DNA from: Lactobacillales bacterium
GTDB taxonomy: Bacteria > Bacillota_I > Bacilli_A > RF39 > UBA660
Assembly: GCA_015059545.1 (NCBI GenBank)
Contig: SVAG01000002.1
Location: forward strand, 109,654 to 173,653
Direction: 5' to 3'
Length of the DNA: 64,000 bases
Shown: positions 28,912 to 40,431 of the stretch, one piece after another
Layout: each line of letters opens with the position of its first letter
Numbering within the stretch: the first letter of the stretch is position 1
Made by a program: the position numbers and the translations under genes
Notes under the pieces: generated by a model
The model's database searches: none
Seen by the model: the letters and a program-made list of their open reading frames with translations, nothing else
What the model was told of the DNA's origin: nothing

Positions 28912-31725
28912 CTATTTTAAATATCCTTTTAAATATTTTCCTGTATAGCTTTCATTTATTTTAGATACTTCTTCTGGTGTTCCTTTTGCTATAATGGTTC
29001 CTCCACCATCTCCACCTTCTGGACCTAAATCAATTATATAATCAGATACTTTAATTACTTCTAAGTTATGTTCTATAACTATTACTGTATCTCCATTATC
29101 AACTATTCTTTGTAATATTACTAATAATTTTTTTATATCATCTGTATGTAATCCAGTAGTTGGTTCATCTAATATAAATAGACTTTTACCAGTTGGTTTC
29201 TTTTGTAATTCTTTAGCAAGTTTAACACGTGCAGCTTCTCCTCCTGATAATGTTGGAGCACTTTGACCTAATTTAATATAAGAAAGTCCTACATCCATTA
29301 ACATTTGTAATTTATTTTTTACTTTTGGAATATTTTCAAAGAAATGATATGCTTCTTCTACTTGCATTTCAAGTACATCATATATATTTTTTTCTTTATA
29401 TTTTACTTGTAATGTTTCAGTATTATAACGAGTTCCACCACATACTTCACATGGTACATAAACATCTGGTAAGAAATGCATTTCTATTTTTTTAACTCCA
29501 TCTCCCCAACATGCTTCACATCTTCCACCTTTTACATTGAATGAAAATCTACCTTTATCATATCCTCTTAATTTTGCTTCTTTAGTTTCTGCAAATACAT
29601 CTCTTATATCATCAAATACTCCAGTATAAGTTGCAGGATTACTTCTTGGTGTTCTTCCTATCGGATTTTGTGATATATCTACTACTTTATCAATATTTTC
29701 TAATCCTTTTACTTCTTTATGTTTACCTGGTTTTTCTTTTGTTTTATATAAATTATTTCTACATACTTTATATAATATTTCATTTACAAGTGTTGATTTA
29801 CCTGACCCTGATACTCCAGTTATACAAGTAAATGTACCAAGTGGTATTTTAACATTTAAATTTTTTAAATTGTTTTCTTTAGCACCTTTTATTTCAATAA
29901 ATTTTTTATTACCTTTTCTTCTTGTTTTTGGTACTTCTATTTTTAATTTTCCAGTTAAATACTTTCCAGTAATACTATTTTCATTCTTCATTACTTCTTC
30001 TGGTGTACCAATTGCTACTACTTCTCCACCATGAATTCCAGCACCTGGACCTATATCTACTAAATAGTCAGCTTCTAACATTGTATCTGTATCATGTTCT
30101 ACAACTACTAATGTATTTCCTAAATCTCTCATTTCTTTTAATGAATTTATTAATCTATCATTATCTCTTTGATGTAATCCAATTGATGGTTCATCAAGTA
30201 CATATAAGACTCCTGTTAATCTTGAACCTATTTGTGTAGCAAGTCTTATTCTTTGTGCTTCTCCACCTGATAATGTTGCAGCACTTCTAGCTAATGTTAA
30301 GTATTCAAGCCCTACATTTATTAAGAAACTTAATCTTGATTCTATTTCTTTTACTATTAAATTTGATATTTCTTTTTGTTCTTTATTCAATTTTAATGTT
30401 GTTATAAATTTATGTAATTCTTTTATACTTAGAAGTGTTACTTCATATATATTTTTATTGTTTATTTTTACTGATAAAATTGAAGCATCTAATCTAGAGC
30501 CATTACATACTGGACATGGAAGTTCTGTCATGTATCCTTCTATCCATTCTCTAATCCATCCACTTTTTGTTTCTATATATCTTCTTTCTAGATTAGTTAT
30601 AACTCCTTCATAAAAATCTTTTTGTGTTCTTTTATTTCCGTTTTTTGATACATAATTAAATTCTAATACATCTGGTGTTCCATATAATACAATATCTAAT
30701 TTTTTTCTATCTATATCTTTTATTTTAGCATCCATATCTATATCATAAAAATTACATACTGTACTTATTTGAGTAGATATTATATTTGTATCATCTTTTA
30801 AATTTATTACTTTTATAGCACCTTCATTAATACTTAAATTTTTATCTGGTATTACTAAATCTTCATCTATTTTATATTTTATACCTAACCCTTTACATTC
30901 TGAACATGCTCCATAAGGTGCATTAAATGAAAACATTCTAGGTTCTAATTCTGGTAATGAAAAATCACAATCAGGACATGCATATTTTTCACTCATTACG
31001 ATTTCTTTATCACCAATTACATCTATTACTACTTTTCCTTTTGATAATTTACTAGCAAGTTCTATTCCTTCATAAAGTCTACTTCTTATATCTTCTTTTA
31101 TAATTATTCTATCAATAACGACTAATATATTATGTTTTTTATTTTTTTCTAGTTTTATTTCTTCTGTTAATTCGTAATCTTCATTATCAATTACAACTCT
31201 AGCATATCCATCTTTATTTAATTTTTCTAGTGTATCAACATGTGTTCCTTTTTCTCCATATATAATAGGACTTAATATTCTAATTTTTGTTCCTATTTCT
31301 AACTTTAATATTTGATTAGTCATTTCTTCTATACTTTGACTACTTATTGGTTTATTATGTATTGGACAATATGGAATACCTATTCTTGCATATAAAAGTC
31401 TTAAGTAATCATATATTTCTGTTACTGTACCTACTGTTGATCTTGGATTTTTATTTGTTGTTTTTTGATCTATACTTATAGCTGGTGATAATCCTTCTAT
31501 AGAATCAACATCTGGTTTTTCTGAACCACCTAAAAATTGTCTAGCATATGCAGATAAACTTTCTATATATCTTCTTTCTCCTTCAGCATATATTGTATCA
31601 AAAGCAAGTGATGATTTACCTGACCCTGATACTCCTGTCATTACAATAAGTTTATCTTTAGGAAGTTCTATATCAATATTTTTTAAATTATTTTCACGTG
31701 CACCTTTTATAATTATTTTGTCCAT
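28912..31725 (-). CDS. uvrA: Excinuclease ABC subunit A
   Basis: The 937-aa protein has two ABC ATPase modules ([12 protein letters not shown] ... and [13 protein letters not shown]) and zinc-finger cysteines. Confidence 0.95.
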   Translation of the reverse strand: MDKIIIKGARENNLKNIDIELPKDKLIVMTGVSGSGKSSLAFDTIYAEGERRYIESLSAYARQFLGGSEKPDVDSIEGLSPAISIDQKTTNKNPRSTVGTVTEIYDYLRLLYARIGIPYCPIHNKPISSQSIEEMTNQILKLEIGTKIRILSPIIYGEKGTHVDTLEKLNKDGYARVVIDNEDYELTEEIKLEKNKKHNILVVIDRIIIKEDIRSRLYEGIELASKLSKGKVVIDVIGDKEIVMSEKYACPDCDFSLPELEPRMFSFNAPYGACSECKGLGIKYKIDEDLVIPDKNLSINEGAIKVINLKDDTNIISTQISTVCNFYDIDMDAKIKDIDRKKLDIVLYGTPDVLEFNYVSKNGNKRTQKDFYEGVITNLERRYIETKSGWIREWIEGYMTELPCPVCNGSRLDASILSVKINNKNIYEVTLLSIKELHKFITTLKLNKEQKEISNLIVKEIESRLSFLINVGLEYLTLARSAATLSGGEAQRIRLATQIGSRLTGVLYVLDEPSIGLHQRDNDRLINSLKEMRDLGNTLVVVEHDTDTMLEADYLVDIGPGAGIHGGEVVAIGTPEEVMKNENSITGKYLTGKLKIEVPKTRRKGNKKFIEIKGAKENNLKNLNVKIPLGTFTCITGVSGSGKSTLVNEILYKVCRNNLYKTKEKPGKHKEVKGLENIDKVVDISQNPIGRTPRSNPATYTGVFDDIRDVFAETKEAKLRGYDKGRFSFNVKGGRCEACWGDGVKKIEMHFLPDVYVPCEVCGGTRYNTETLQVKYKEKNIYDVLEMQVEEAYHFFENIPKVKNKLQMLMDVGLSYIKLGQSAPTLSGGEAARVKLAKELQKKPTGKSLFILDEPTTGLHTDDIKKLLVILQRIVDNGDTVIVIEHNLEVIKVSDYIIDLGPEGGDGGGTIIAKGTPEEVSKINESYTGKYLKGYLK

Positions 31726-31822
31726 ACTTACACCTCCGATTTATTATACCACACCGAACAAAAGTATGCAATAAAATAAAAATGATTTTTAACCATTTTT
31801 ATTATTAACACTTACTTTTTAA

Positions 31823-32044
31823 TTATTCAAAATCAGCTTTTGTATATTGTTTTATAACAATATATTTTCTTTTAACTGCTTCATTATTATTTTCTATTGT
31901 ATCATCTTTTTTTATAAGATTTTTTTCTTGCATTTCCTTTTTTATTTTATTATATTTTCTATTTTTTTCTAATACATAATTTGTAGTTTTAATAATTGTA
32001 ATTAAACCAATTGCATAAACTACAAAGTTTTTTATTTTTTTCAT
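31823..32044 (-). CDS. Small hypothetical membrane protein
   Basis: The 73-aa ORF has one TM helix. It lies between the ftsZ terminator and uvrA. Confidence 0.35.
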   Translation of the reverse strand: MKKIKNFVVYAIGLITIIKTTNYVLEKNRKYNKIKKEMQEKNLIKKDDTIENNNEAVKRKYIVIKQYTKADFE

Positions 32045-32088
32045 ATTATCCCTCCATTGATATATTATTATATCACTTTTAAATACTT

Positions 32089-32119
32089 TGTAAAATAAAA
32101 AAAGAGTTAAAATACTCTT
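32089..32119 (-). terminator. Rho-independent terminator overlapping the ftsZ stop (aagagt-taaaat-actctt plus T-run)
   Basis: The inverted repeat and T-run are visible in the sequence. Confidence 0.45.
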
Positions 32120-33162
32120 TTTCTTAAGAATGCTGGTATATCAGTATCATCTTCTTCTGTTTCTTCTATTACTTTTTTAGGTTGTTCTTCTTTAACTTCT
32201 TCTTTTTCTTCTTCATCTTTATCAAATCCTGTAGCAATTACAGTTACAATTAATTCATCTGTTAAATTTTCATTAATAACTGCTCCAAAGATTGTATTAA
32301 TATCTGTATTAGCGCTAGCTCTAATTACTTCTGCTGCTTCTTCTACTTCAAATAATGTTAAGTTTGATCCACCTGTAACATTGATGATTGCATCTGTAGC
32401 ACCACTTATACTAGCTTCTAAAAGTGGAGATGTTACTGCTTCACGAGCTGCTTCTGCTGCTCTATCTTCTCCTACTCCCATACCAATACCAATTAGGGCA
32501 TGTCCACGTTTTTCCATTACTGCTTTAACATCAGCAAAGTCTAAGTTTATAAGACCTGCTACTGCAATTAAGTCTGATATTGATTGAACTCCACGTCTTA
32601 AAACATTATCTACTTCTTTAAATGAATCTACTAATGAAGTTGATTTATCTATAATTTCTCTTAATCTATCATTTGGAATAACAATTAAAGTGTCTACATG
32701 TTTTTTTAATTCTTCTAACCCATCTAATGCATGGTTCATTCTTTTTTTACCTTCAAATGAGAATGGTTTAGTTACTATACCAACAGTAAGTGCTCCAAGT
32801 TCTTGTGCTATATCAGCTATTACTGGTGCAGCTCCTGTTCCTGTTCCTCCACCCATTCCACAAGTAATGAAAACCATATCTGCTCCATATAAAGCATCTT
32901 TTAATTCTTCTTTACTTTCTAGTGCAGCATCTCTACCTATATTTGGGTTTGCTCCTGCTCCAAGTCCATTTGTAAGTTTTTCACCTATTTGAATTTTAAC
33001 TGGTGCATTTGAATTATTTAATACTTGTAAATCTGTATTTGCAACGATAAAATCTACACCTTTTACTCCTGATTCTATCATTCTATTTACAGCATTATTT
33101 CCTGCTCCACCTACTCCTATTACTTTTATTTTTGCTAATTGATCCATTTCTAATCCAAACAT
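32107..33162 (-). CDS. ftsZ: Cell division GTPase FtsZ
   Basis: The N-terminus has [18 protein letters not shown], and the tubulin signature is [10 protein letters not shown]. Confidence 0.95.
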   Translation of the reverse strand: MFGLEMDQLAKIKVIGVGGAGNNAVNRMIESGVKGVDFIVANTDLQVLNNSNAPVKIQIGEKLTNGLGAGANPNIGRDAALESKEELKDALYGADMVFITCGMGGGTGTGAAPVIADIAQELGALTVGIVTKPFSFEGKKRMNHALDGLEELKKHVDTLIVIPNDRLREIIDKSTSLVDSFKEVDNVLRRGVQSISDLIAVAGLINLDFADVKAVMEKRGHALIGIGMGVGEDRAAEAAREAVTSPLLEASISGATDAIINVTGGSNLTLFEVEEAAEVIRASANTDINTIFGAVINENLTDELIVTVIATGFDKDEEEKEEVKEEQPKKVIEETEEDDTDIPAFLRKRVF

Positions 33163-33174
33163 TTTTAGTCCTCC

Positions 33175-34419
33175 CTAATCATTGAAAAAGTAACCAAATA
33201 CTTTTCCTAACATTGTATCGTTTATTACATTCATTATGTTGTTTTTGTTTTGTTTATATTCTTCAAATTCTTCTTCATCAATCATTGTGTAATCAATATT
33301 TTTTAATTTTAAATTATTTATAAAATTAATAATATTTCCTATAACTGCTGAATATTTATTATTTCTTACTCCTAGTATTCTAATATTTCCAATACTAGCA
33401 CTATTTCCTAATATTTCTTCACATACTACTGAGAAATTGTCCATACTACTAGTACCACCAGTTATTATTATATAATCAACTTCTCTTTTTGTCAAAAGAT
33501 TTATTTCTTTTCTAGCTAAAACTAATATTTCTTCTATTCTAGACATTACTACTTCAGATACTTCGAATTGATTTATTTTAATTTTTTCTCCTAGTTTATT
33601 AGTTATTTCATAAAAATCACTTTTACTTGCATATCTTTTATGAGCAAGTGCAAATTTTTCTTTTATTTTAGAAGAATCATTATTACTAATTTTATATATA
33701 TATGATATATCGCTATCTATATTCATACTACCTAAATTAATAATAGAATTTTTTATTATAATTCCTTTATTATAAATAGATACTTCTGTTGTATCATAAC
33801 CAATATTTATAATAGCTCCAACTTTATTTTCTGTTTCTTTATTCTTGAATATATTTATATCACCTACTGGATTTAATGATACATCAACTACTTCTAATCC
33901 AATATTCTCAAGTAAGCTTACTACAGAATATAAATTCTTCTTAGGTACCGTTCCTAATACAGCTCTTGATGTTAATATTTTTCCAGTTTTTCCTTTTGGA
34001 TCTAATATTCCTTTTTGTTCATCTAAACCAAAATCAATTGGTAATACATTAACTACTTCATTATTACCTATATCAGCATTTTTAACAGAATTTTCTAATA
34101 CTCTTGAAATATCTTTTCCAAGTACACCAACATCTTCATTTATAGATGTTTTTCCATTCACTAGTTTAAAGTCAGCACTATAACTAGGTACTGATACAAT
34201 TACTTGTTTTATATTTATACCAAGCATTTCTTCTACTTCATTAATCGCTTGTTCTATTTTTTCTTTTGCTGTTTCTGGATTTACGATTAAGCCTTTTTTT
34301 ATTCCTTCAGATTTCACAGATGATGCGGCAAGTAAATTTAATTTATTATTAAATAATTCACATACTGCTACTTTTATTGTATCTGTTCCAATATCAATAC
34401 TAGTATAAACATGTTTCAT
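33175..34419 (-). CDS. ftsA: Cell division protein FtsA
   Basis: The actin-like ATPase begins TSIDIGTDTIKVAV. The gene is upstream of ftsZ. Confidence 0.9.
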   Translation of the reverse strand: MKHVYTSIDIGTDTIKVAVCELFNNKLNLLAASSVKSEGIKKGLIVNPETAKEKIEQAINEVEEMLGINIKQVIVSVPSYSADFKLVNGKTSINEDVGVLGKDISRVLENSVKNADIGNNEVVNVLPIDFGLDEQKGILDPKGKTGKILTSRAVLGTVPKKNLYSVVSLLENIGLEVVDVSLNPVGDINIFKNKETENKVGAIINIGYDTTEVSIYNKGIIIKNSIINLGSMNIDSDISYIYKISNNDSSKIKEKFALAHKRYASKSDFYEITNKLGEKIKINQFEVSEVVMSRIEEILVLARKEINLLTKREVDYIIITGGTSSMDNFSVVCEEILGNSASIGNIRILGVRNNKYSAVIGNIINFINNLKLKNIDYTMIDEEEFEEYKQNKNNIMNVINDTMLGKVFGYFFND

Positions 34420-34480
34420 ACAACATCATCTCCTATAATCAATAAAATAATTATACTATATTTTTTTTAAAATGCCAATA

Positions 34481-35224
34481 TTACTCATCAAAAATTTCAA
34501 AGTATTCTCCAGCATCTAAATATAATGTTCCATTCTTTTTTCCAAATTTGTTAATTATTTCCAAACTTATCTTTGTATAGTTATTTATACTTTCTAATTT
34601 TTCTAGTGTTATATACACATAATTTCCGTCATTCATAGTAAATAAAAATCTTTCTTTATCTACATTACTAGGATCATATTTAATTTCAGATATTCTATTT
34701 AATATTTTTATATCTATTAAAGACATTTGTTCTATTAATTTTTCATAAACCTTATCTGGAACATAATTAATAAGAATTGGACCATTTAATTCTTTTGTTA
34801 CTTCTTTTTTATTTAATAAGACAGTTTTTTTAGTATTCGTATTATAAAATAAAACAATATTTTCTTCGATTTCAATATGAATTTCTTTTAATTTTTTCTT
34901 TTTAACAATTGCTTTTTTTATATAATCACTTGATTCTATATTTTCTTCTATTTGTTTACTTGAATACTTAAATAGCGATGGATAATCTTCTAATTTCGAT
35001 AAATCTATTATTTCTTGATCTGTTAAATTAATATTACCTTTTACATAAAAGTTTTTTATTGGTATTTTTAAAAATAATTTAACAATAACTATAATTAAAA
35101 TTATTATTAAAAATAATATTAAAATTCTTCCTATTCTAAGTTTTCTTTTTTTCTTTTTAACTATTTTTTTATTTTTATTCTTTATATTTTTTTTAACATT
35201 CTTTTTTTTATTTTTCTTCTTCAT
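34481..35224 (-). CDS. divIB: Cell division protein DivIB/FtsQ
   Basis: A K-rich cytoplasmic N-terminus is followed by a TM segment and POTRA and beta domains. The gene is upstream of ftsA. Confidence 0.7.
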   Translation of the reverse strand: MKKKNKKKNVKKNIKNKNKKIVKKKKRKLRIGRILILFLIIILIIVIVKLFLKIPIKNFYVKGNINLTDQEIIDLSKLEDYPSLFKYSSKQIEENIESSDYIKKAIVKKKKLKEIHIEIEENIVLFYNTNTKKTVLLNKKEVTKELNGPILINYVPDKVYEKLIEQMSLIDIKILNRISEIKYDPSNVDKERFLFTMNDGNYVYITLEKLESINNYTKISLEIINKFGKKNGTLYLDAGEYFEIFDE

Positions 35225-35264
35225 ATTATCCCTCTTAGTATAAAAATATTATACATAAAAAAAC

Positions 35265-35744
35265 TCAGTTTTTCAACTGATTTTTTATTTGAATATCTAT
35301 ATTTTTTTCTTTTTTATAATTAGTTCCTATTACCAAACATACAATAAACATTCCAATTGTTACAAAAAGAAATACAAAATATAAATTTGATATAGAAGAA
35401 CTTGTTTTAACTCCTTCTTCATTCGCATATAATTGGTCTTTACTTAGATATGCTTTTACTAATACACCTTCATCATATTTATTAATATTTGAATCATAAA
35501 CATTATTTAATTTATATTTTTTATTATTATACAAAACTGTAACAATATAATCATATCTATTTCCTCTATTAGTTTTACCATAATTTCTTTTTATAGTTAC
35601 ATTAGATACAATACATTCTATTTTTTTATAATTAACTTTAGTATTATTAATAATCATATATAATACAATTGTTGATAATAAAGAAAATACACATAATATT
35701 AAAGTTATTATAAATATTCTTTTTCTATGATTTAATTTTTTCAT
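35265..35744 (-). CDS. Hypothetical two-TM membrane protein
   Basis: The protein is 159 aa with N- and C-terminal hydrophobic segments. Confidence 0.4.
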   Translation of the reverse strand: MKKLNHRKRIFIITLILCVFSLLSTIVLYMIINNTKVNYKKIECIVSNVTIKRNYGKTNRGNRYDYIVTVLYNNKKYKLNNVYDSNINKYDEGVLVKAYLSKDQLYANEEGVKTSSSISNLYFVFLFVTIGMFIVCLVIGTNYKKEKNIDIQIKNQLKN

Positions 35745-35758
35745 TTTTTGTCTCTTAT

Positions 35759-36652
35759 CTATTTAACAATTTCTTGTTCTAATATTAAATCTATATTATA
35801 TTCTTTTTTTACCTGTGATTTAATTTCTTCTATTAATTTAACAATTTCTTTTCCAGTAGCATTTTTTTCATTAATTATAAAGTTTGCATGTTTTTCTGAA
35901 ACTTTTGCTCCTCCAATATTTTTCCCTTTATATCCAATATCCTCTATTAATTTACCTGCAAAATTTCCTTCAGGATTTCTAAATACACTTCCTGCACTTG
36001 GATATTCTAATGGTTGAGCCATTAATCTTCTTTGTTTTCTATCTTCTATAACACTTAATATTTCATCTTTTTTACCATGTTTTAAAATTATATTAGCACT
36101 TAAACATATATAACCTTCATTTTCTTTTAAGAATGATGTTCTATAGTGAAAATTAAGTTCTTTATTATACATTTTTTTTATTTCTAAATTTGGAGTTAAT
36201 ACTGTGATAGATTCTACAATATATCCCATATCACTTTTATAAGCTCCTGCATTATTGAATATTGCTCCTCCTACTGTTCCTGGAATACCTGAAGCAAATT
36301 CCATTCCTGTTAATCCTAGTTTACTTACCTTTAAAGCAAGTTTGATTAAATTATACCCTGCTCCTACTTTTATTTTTGTATCATCAATTACTAATTTATC
36401 AAAGTAATCTAATTTAATTAATACACCATCATAATCATTTTCAAATATTAAGTTTGCTCCTCCACCTAATATTTTATATTTAACATTATTTTCTTTTAAA
36501 TATCCTATTAATTTAATTAAATCTTTTTCATTTTCTGGAAAGGCCATATAACTAGCTACAGCACTTACTCTATATGTATTATATTTTAATAGATTAACGT
36601 TTGATTCTATTTTTCCACATTTTAATTTTTTTAATTTATCTAAATTTACCAT
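35759..36652 (-). CDS. murB: UDP-N-acetylenolpyruvoylglucosamine reductase
   Basis: An FAD-binding domain with the motif GGGANLIF is followed by a MurB C-terminal domain. Confidence 0.85.
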   Translation of the reverse strand: MVNLDKLKKLKCGKIESNVNLLKYNTYRVSAVASYMAFPENEKDLIKLIGYLKENNVKYKILGGGANLIFENDYDGVLIKLDYFDKLVIDDTKIKVGAGYNLIKLALKVSKLGLTGMEFASGIPGTVGGAIFNNAGAYKSDMGYIVESITVLTPNLEIKKMYNKELNFHYRTSFLKENEGYICLSANIILKHGKKDEILSVIEDRKQRRLMAQPLEYPSAGSVFRNPEGNFAGKLIEDIGYKGKNIGGAKVSEKHANFIINEKNATGKEIVKLIEEIKSQVKKEYNIDLILEQEIVK

Positions 36653-36653
36653 A

Positions 36654-37736
36654 TTACTTCCTATCTACGAGTTCTTTTAACTCATTATATATTCTTGTCG
36701 CACTATCATTTACACTTAATTCTTCTAAGTTATTTTTTATCGATTTTATTTTTTCTTCATTATCTATTAAGTTATCAATTGTTCTAACTAAAATATCACC
36801 TTTTAGATCTTTTTCTTCTATCATTAAAGCTGCATCTTTATTAATTAAATCTAATGCATTTTTATATTGATGATTTTCTGCAACATAAGGACTTGGTATT
36901 AAAATACTAGGTACTTTAAGAGCAATTATTTCACTTAATGTTGAAGCTCCTGCACGAGATACTATTAAATCTGTTTTTTTCATAATTCTTGTCATGTTTT
37001 CTATATAAGGTACTACATGAACATTAGTTGGAAATTTATTTTTGCTTACTTCTTCATATGATGCATTACCTGTTACAAATAAAATTTCATAATTTTTATT
37101 ATTAAATGATGACATTGTTTTAAGTAAGAATTCATTTATTTTAGATGATCCAAGTGATCCCATTACAAATAATATTAATTTTTTATTTTCACTTAAATTA
37201 AAATCTTTTTTATTAGCAGGTTCTACTTTTAAAGCATTTTCACTACATGGATTTCCAGTAAATACTGTTTTGTATTCTGGAAAATTTTTAGTTGATGATT
37301 TAAAAGATACTGCTATTTTATCAGCAAAATTACTTAAGAAATTATTTGCTTTTCCTGGAAAACTATTTTGTTCATGTATAAAAGTTTTATATCCCAATTT
37401 ATGAGCTGAATATAAAACTGGTCCTGTTACATATCCACCTACTCCTATTACTACATCTGGTTTAAAATCTTTTATTAATTTTTTACATCTTTTTATACTT
37501 TTGAAGAAACATTTTATAGTTTTAAAATTTTTTGTTATCTTTTTTCTATTAAAACCATATATTTCTATTGTTTCAAATGGTATTCCATATTTAGGAATTA
37601 TATCTTTTTCCATTCTATTATGTGTACCAATATATAAAAATTCACTATTAGGTTCTTGTTCTTTTATTTTATTTATAATGCTTAAAGCTGGATATATATG
37701 TCCACCTGAACCACCAGCACTTATTATAACTCTCAT
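36654..37736 (-). CDS. murG: Undecaprenyldiphospho-muramoylpentapeptide beta-N-acetylglucosaminyltransferase
   Basis: The N-terminus is MRVIISAGGSGGHIYPALSI. Confidence 0.9.
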   Translation of the reverse strand: MRVIISAGGSGGHIYPALSIINKIKEQEPNSEFLYIGTHNRMEKDIIPKYGIPFETIEIYGFNRKKITKNFKTIKCFFKSIKRCKKLIKDFKPDVVIGVGGYVTGPVLYSAHKLGYKTFIHEQNSFPGKANNFLSNFADKIAVSFKSSTKNFPEYKTVFTGNPCSENALKVEPANKKDFNLSENKKLILFVMGSLGSSKINEFLLKTMSSFNNKNYEILFVTGNASYEEVSKNKFPTNVHVVPYIENMTRIMKKTDLIVSRAGASTLSEIIALKVPSILIPSPYVAENHQYKNALDLINKDAALMIEEKDLKGDILVRTIDNLIDNEEKIKSIKNNLEELSVNDSATRIYNELKELVDRK

Positions 37737-37798
37737 ATAATCACCTATTTCATTATACCATAATTATATTTTATTTTGAAGTATATTAGAACTAAAAA

Positions 37799-37817
37799 AG
37801 GAATAGAAATCTATTCC
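37799..37817 (-). terminator. Hairpin (aggaatag-aaat-ctattcct) plus T-run directly after the pilin-like gene 3 stop
   Basis: A perfect 8-bp inverted repeat is visible in the sequence. Confidence 0.45.
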
Positions 37818-39518
37818 TTATATTTGATATGGATTATCCCAAGTACCTGTTCCTCCTGTAACAGCAATATCTTTTTTTACTAAAATAACTGGTCGTATAG
37901 CATATTCCATAGAAACTGAATTATTTTTAGCATTTCCTAAACTATTAATATACCATGCACTATTAAAATATGAATACTTATTTAAAGTCCAATACATTTC
38001 ATTTGTATCAATAGTTGAACTTTGAGCCGCTAAAATTTCACCTACTTTTATTAAACCAACTTTAGCTTTTGTTCCATTAGTATTTGAAGATAATATATCA
38101 TTATATTTAAATGGTAAAGTTACTGCATCACCTTGATACCATGTTGTTTCTACTATATCTTCTGATCCTACTAATCCTAATATTGATATTGCACTTGTAC
38201 TATCTGTTTCACTATTTAATTTTAATCCTATTCCTGATATTGTCGTAAATGTATTATCTTCTCCATATATTGTTTTTCCTATATATCCATCATATATTAA
38301 TTTTACTCCATTATTATCTTCGCTTACTACTCTATATGTTTTACCTTTTAAATTCACATATTCACCACTTGTAGCTATACTATTTAATGTTCCTGTTATA
38401 TCTTTTGTCTTATTTTCTTTTAATACATAATAATCAGTTGAATCACCTTTTTCTCCTGAAGTAATCACCGAGTTTTCTTTTACATTAATAATAGGTCTTA
38501 TACCATATGTTGTAGAAGTATAAACCATTTCACTTTTTGTAGAAGATATATACCATGCATATGTACTATTAGCTGGTGTCATTGTCCATATTGCTTCTCC
38601 ATTATTTAAATATGTTGATGAATTATCAGACAATAAATATTCATCATTTGATAATATTCCAATATAGGCTTCTACCTCTTTACCTGATGTACATGTTTGT
38701 CTTGCTGTTGTTGAATTTAAACTATTCATAGTAGCATCACTACAAAAATATTTACCATTACTGATTATTTCTTTTGTATCATTTAAATTTGCATAAAAAT
38801 AGTCATTTAACCAATCATGAATATAACCTTCATCACTAATATACTCTTTTCCTGTTCCTGATCCAAATGGAATAGATGTTACAGATTTATCAGTTATTAA
38901 TCTTACTGTTCCATCTTCATTTATTCCCATTATTCTCCACATAAATCCGTTATACCATATATAATTATTTGTTGATGTTCCTTTTATATAACATCCTCCC
39001 ATATATTTATATGTTGATTTATCTGTTGAATCTGCGTCTATTTTACATTTTCCATCTTCTGTATATACTAATGTTTTTGCTTTATCTGAAATTGTAGTTT
39101 CTTTAACAACTATCTCTTCATTTTGTTTTTTTCCACATTTATCACTATCAGTTGCTTTGGCTTTTTCATTTTGATATACAATATTAAAACCATCTATACA
39201 TAAGTCTGCTTCTATTACTCTTCCTGATGCATCAACTTCTATGGTTCCACTTGTTGGTTTTGTTCCTTTTACTTTTACATCATTGTTTATTGTTATTACA
39301 TCTCCTGAAGCTATTTTGTTATATTTATTATTTAATTGTGCTATTGAATTATTATAATCTATTGCTTCTATATATCCGTATGCTGAATCTACTGCAGCTG
39401 ATTTTCTCGCATCATTTATCATATTTAATATAATTGGTGTTGCTATTAGTGCTATTATTGCTAATATTACTATTACTGCTAATAGTTCTATAAGTGTAAA
39501 TCCTTTTTTATTCTTCAT
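37818..39518 (-). CDS. Modular type IV pilin-like protein, copy 3 (largest, 566 aa)
   Basis: It shares the first ~60 aa exactly with copies 1 and 2, and ~95% of the first ~105 aa. It has a Cys-containing middle region and two lectin-like modules in tandem. Module one is GILSNDEYLL ... AIWTMTPANST ... YGIRPIINVKEN. Module two is GLIKVGEILAAQ ... EMYWTLNKYSYF ... AIRPVILVKK. Confidence 0.8.
   Translation of the reverse strand: MKNKKGFTLIELLAVIVILAIIALIATPIILNMINDARKSAAVDSAYGYIEAIDYNNSIAQLNNKYNKIASGDVITINNDVKVKGTKPTSGTIEVDASGRVIEADLCIDGFNIVYQNEKAKATDSDKCGKKQNEEIVVKETTISDKAKTLVYTEDGKCKIDADSTDKSTYKYMGGCYIKGTSTNNYIWYNGFMWRIMGINEDGTVRLITDKSVTSIPFGSGTGKEYISDEGYIHDWLNDYFYANLNDTKEIISNGKYFCSDATMNSLNSTTARQTCTSGKEVEAYIGILSNDEYLLSDNSSTYLNNGEAIWTMTPANSTYAWYISSTKSEMVYTSTTYGIRPIINVKENSVITSGEKGDSTDYYVLKENKTKDITGTLNSIATSGEYVNLKGKTYRVVSEDNNGVKLIYDGYIGKTIYGEDNTFTTISGIGLKLNSETDSTSAISILGLVGSEDIVETTWYQGDAVTLPFKYNDILSSNTNGTKAKVGLIKVGEILAAQSSTIDTNEMYWTLNKYSYFNSAWYINSLGNAKNNSVSMEYAIRPVILVKKDIAVTGGTGTWDNPYQI
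39230..39518 (-). repeat. Conserved pilin 5' coding module, repeat copy C (within gene 3)
   Basis: The coding stretch for MKNKKGFTL ... VKGTKPTSGTIEVD is highly similar at the DNA level. The upstream region differs from the other copies. Confidence 0.6.
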
Positions 39519-39614
39519 GTTTTACCTACTTTCTATTATATTTTTAGTATAACATTTTATATTATCACAGTAAATTAAATTAAATTTTTTTAACATTTTA
39601 TTTACATAAAAAAA

Positions 39615-39640
39615 GGAAAACCATAACACTATAGTTTTCC
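39615..39640 (-). terminator. Hairpin (ggaaaac ... gttttcc) plus T-run upstream of pilin-like gene 3
   Basis: A 7-bp inverted repeat is visible in the sequence. Confidence 0.35.
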
Positions 39641-39738
39641 ATGTATTAATTGTAATACACTATATTATATTCAAATATTAATAAATATTGATTATTTTTA
39701 CAATTAATGATAATATATTTAATATAGGAGTTGATAAT

Positions 39739-40431
39739 ATGAGTCCAAAAGCTAAAGTAATCATTCCAAATGCATTAACTTTATCTAGATTAATATTTAC
39801 ACCAATTATTATTGCACTTGGAATTACAAAAAATTATAAAATAGCATTAATACTTGTTGTAATAGCTTGTATTACTGATATGTTTGATGGAAAGCTTGCA
39901 AGAAGATGGAATACTGTTACTGAAACTGGTGCTAAACTAGATGCAATATGTGATAAAATATTTGCTATAGGTTTAATAGCATGCTTATTAAATAAATTTA
40001 GTATTTTTATACCTTTAATAGTACTTGAAGTTATAATAGGTTTATTTAATTTATTTATATATTACAAAATTAAGAAAACTAAATCATTAATGATTGGTAA
40101 AATTAAAACAACGTTCTTATTTATTACAATATCTTTAGGTTTTTCTACATTATTTACAAATATATTTATAAAAGTAATACCTGGTTTTGCAGTTGCAACT
40201 TTAAATATTCAAATTTTAACTTTTATTAGTTATATTGTTTATTTCTATGATACTATTAAAAATAAACAAATAGAAGAAACAATTGTTAAAGATAAAGAAG
40301 AAACTAGAACAAAAGTGTATGATATTGAAGAAGAAGAAAAAAAGAAAAAACAAAAAAAAGAACCAAAAGAATTTAGTTCTGATACAAAGATATTAAAAAA
40401 TCTTAAAGATATATTTTTAGATGAAGATTAG
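39739..40431 (+). CDS. CDP-alcohol phosphatidyltransferase family protein (PgsA-like)
   Basis: The family motif is DMFDGKLARRWNTVTETGAKLDAICDKIF. I set the start at the ATG at 39739, which has an AGGAG RBS at 39726-39730. The C-terminus has a K/E-rich tail. Confidence 0.65.
   Translation: MSPKAKVIIPNALTLSRLIFTPIIIALGITKNYKIALILVVIACITDMFDGKLARRWNTVTETGAKLDAICDKIFAIGLIACLLNKFSIFIPLIVLEVIIGLFNLFIYYKIKKTKSLMIGKIKTTFLFITISLGFSTLFTNIFIKVIPGFAVATLNIQILTFISYIVYFYDTIKNKQIEETIVKDKEETRTKVYDIEEEEKKKKQKKEPKEFSSDTKILKNLKDIFLDED

Noticed and set aside
39688-39738. The ORF-track start at 39688 for the CDP-alcohol phosphatidyltransferase (MIIFTINDNIFNIGVDN...).
   Set aside because: There is no RBS there. 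The AGGAG at 39726-39730 sits 8 nt before the ATG at 39739, and the protein from MSPKAKVIIPNALTLSRL matches the family N-terminus.
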